Both the position numbers and the translations under genes were made by a program. Below are positions 63,020 to 64,000 of a DNA stretch of 64,000 nucleotides, in pieces. Origin of the DNA: Patescibacteria group bacterium (GTDB taxonomy: Bacteria > Patescibacteriota > Minisyncoccia > Portnoybacterales > UBA2143); NCBI GenBank assembly GCA_018830295.1, contig JAHJSM010000001.1:129980-193979 (forward strand), read 5' to 3'. The first letter of the stretch is position 1. The number at the start of each line of letters is the position of its first letter. The notes below the pieces were generated by a model. The model ran no database searches. It had not been told where the DNA came from and saw only the letters and a program-made list of their open reading frames with translations.

Positions 63020-63808
63020 TTAAAAAACAAACAAGAAGTTTATCCACAATTGTCCGCAGAGCATCACTAGAACAGTCGCGCCCGCCAGAAATGGTCCGAA
63101 GGGGATTTGAGATTTGAGTCCTTTTTTGCCAAAAATAATCAGGGCAACGCCGACAACCGCCCCCGTCAAAAAAGCGAGAAAAAGCGCCGCTAAAATATTG
63201 GGCCAGCCCAAAATCAATCCCATTAAAAAAGCCAATTTAACATCGCCCATCCCCATCCATTTCCCTTTTGAAAAAAGAACCAGCGACAAAAAAAATCCAC
63301 CAGCCAATATTGCGCTTAATATTGAAAATTTGAAAATTGAAAATTCATTGAAAATTGAAAATTGAAAATTGAAAATTCCAGCAATAATTATCGCGGGAAA
63401 AACAATTTTGTCGGGGATAATGTAATGCCGTAAGTCATAGACGAAAATGACTATCAAAAAACAAATAATTATCAGATAATAAAATAAATTTAGAGTTTGA
63501 AAATTAAGAATTGAAAATTCATTGAAAATTGAAAATTGAAAATTGAAAATTAATAGAAATAGACACGCAGTGGTTATTTCTATGACCGGATACTGCCAAC
63601 TGATTTTCTTCCCGCAAGAACGGCATTTGCCAAGCAAGAAAACAAAACTCAAAACCGGAATTAAATCATACCACGACAAAACAGCCCCGCATTGAGGACA
63701 ATGGGAGCGCTTCGCGACAATTGATTCCTTGGTTTCTAAGCGGCAAATGACAACATTCAAAAAACTGCCAACAGAAAGACCAAGGATGAAGATGAGAAAA
63801 TAAAGCAT
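63020..63808 (-). CDS. pilD: Prepilin peptidase PilD (A24 family, with N-terminal zinc-binding domain)
   Basis: N-terminal GSFLNVVI...CPQCG...CRSCG, first Asp motif DLRHYIIPD, second GMGDVKLAF. Two Phe-rich insertions are encoded by heptanucleotide repeats. Confidence 0.8.
   Translation of the reverse strand: MLYFLIFILGLSVGSFLNVVICRLETKESIVAKRSHCPQCGAVLSWYDLIPVLSFVFLLGKCRSCGKKISWQYPVIEITTACLFLLIFNFQFSIFNEFSILNFQTLNLFYYLIIICFLIVIFVYDLRHYIIPDKIVFPAIIIAGIFNFQFSIFNEFSIFKFSILSAILAGGFFLSLVLFSKGKWMGMGDVKLAFLMGLILGWPNILAALFLAFLTGAVVGVALIIFGKKGLKSQIPFGPFLAGATVLVMLCGQLWINFLFVF
63324..63377. repeat. Heptanucleotide tandem repeat (GAAAATT)n inside pilD, patch 1 (4 perfect plus about 3 interrupted units)
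   Basis: gaaaatt t gaaaattgaaaatt cattgaaaattgaaaattgaaaattgaaaatt. Confidence 0.8.
63499..63551. repeat. Heptanucleotide tandem repeat (GAAAATT)n inside pilD, patch 2 (4 perfect units plus flanking degenerate units). About 39 nt are identical to patch 1
   Basis: gaaaattcattgaaaattgaaaattgaaaattgaaaatt is shared by 63339-63377 and 63513-63551. Confidence 0.8.
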
Positions 63809-63816
63809 TATTTATT

Positions 63817-63846
63817 GGGGACAGTCCCCTCTTGGGGACAGTCCCC
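63817..63846. repeat. Direct pair of family B palindromic units (GGGGACAGTCCCC x2), 9 nt upstream of the pilD start
   Basis: ggggacagtcccc-tctt-ggggacagtcccc. Confidence 0.75.
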
Positions 63847-63889
63847 GGATTTGTCCATTTTTAAGCTTTTCGGCTATTAAGCTATTATC

Positions 63890-64000
63890 ATTACGGCTGA
63901 ATACAGTACTCTGGAGCTCCTGCTGTATCAGCGCAGTTACAGCCCAAAATCGTTCCGTCAAGATCATCCCTCAAAGCGGCGTTATTGTCATCCTCTAATG
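63890..64000 (-). CDS. Type IV pilin paralogue, C-terminal fragment (5' end outside the window)
   Basis: The reverse complement ends ...GCNCADTAGAPEYCIQP*. The nucleotide sequence is clearly similar to the 3' end of the 62523..62978 pilin gene (...GCDCVDPEYCIEL*). Confidence 0.5.

Overview
This is a low-GC, gene-dense window transcribed almost entirely from the minus strand; only two genes at 17.0-19.5 kb are on the plus strand. The gene content (many glycosyltransferases, type IV pilin-like genes, no rRNA/tRNA, GC-rich palindromic repeats in an AT-rich background) is consistent with a CPR/Patescibacteria-like bacterium, but that is inference. There are five blocks.

(1) 1-21.8 kb: a glycan assembly and modification cluster. 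It has 7 glycosyltransferases, 6 class-I SAM methyltransferases, 2 B12-binding radical SAM enzymes, an AsnB-type amidotransferase, a NodB deacetylase and a Wzy_C/TPR membrane protein. A DUF2335 gene and a DUF3800 gene are interspersed.

(2) 21.9-35.8 kb: secreted and surface proteins that include two giant Thr/Gly-rich proteins sharing a paralogous domain. The block also holds an ECF sigma / anti-sigma pair and a REP-associated tyrosine transposase (RAYT, IS200-like Y1/HuH). The RAYT is flanked by clusters of a GC-rich hairpin repeat, GGGGGCTGCCCCC-GTTGC-GGGGGCAGCCCCC. Copies of this REP also sit in frame inside three coding sequences, where they translate as GAAPVAGAAP.

(3) 36.0-41.2 kb: an operon of type IV pseudopilin-like genes. 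It contains a FlaK/TadV-type A24 prepilin peptidase, a GW-repeat/PKD protein, and a trypsin-fold protein whose catalytic triad appears fully substituted.

(4) 41.2-61.0 kb: the most notable region. It is a contiguous minus-strand array of about 11 radical SAM proteins (some reassigned below) carrying about 14 radical SAM domains. Two of the proteins are fusions of 2 and 3 radical SAM domains. Three domains are HemN-like (candidate class C methyltransferases) and one protein has a SPASM domain. The array also contains a SufS-like cysteine desulfurase, a pyruvoyl-dependent PdaD-like decarboxylase, a class I/II aminotransferase and several small proteins. A 98-aa membrane-anchored precursor-like peptide ends in CNCCTPCPTHC plus nine His-Xaa-Ser repeats, encoded by a perfect 9-nt tandem DNA repeat. 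This looks like a greatly expanded His-Xaa-Ser (Hxs)-type RiPP system.

(5) 61-64 kb: membrane-anchored proteins, a major type IV pilin, a canonical PilD that carries two patches of heptanucleotide (GAAAATT)n tandem repeats inside its coding sequence, and a partial second pilin.

No rRNA, tRNA or CRISPR array was recognised.
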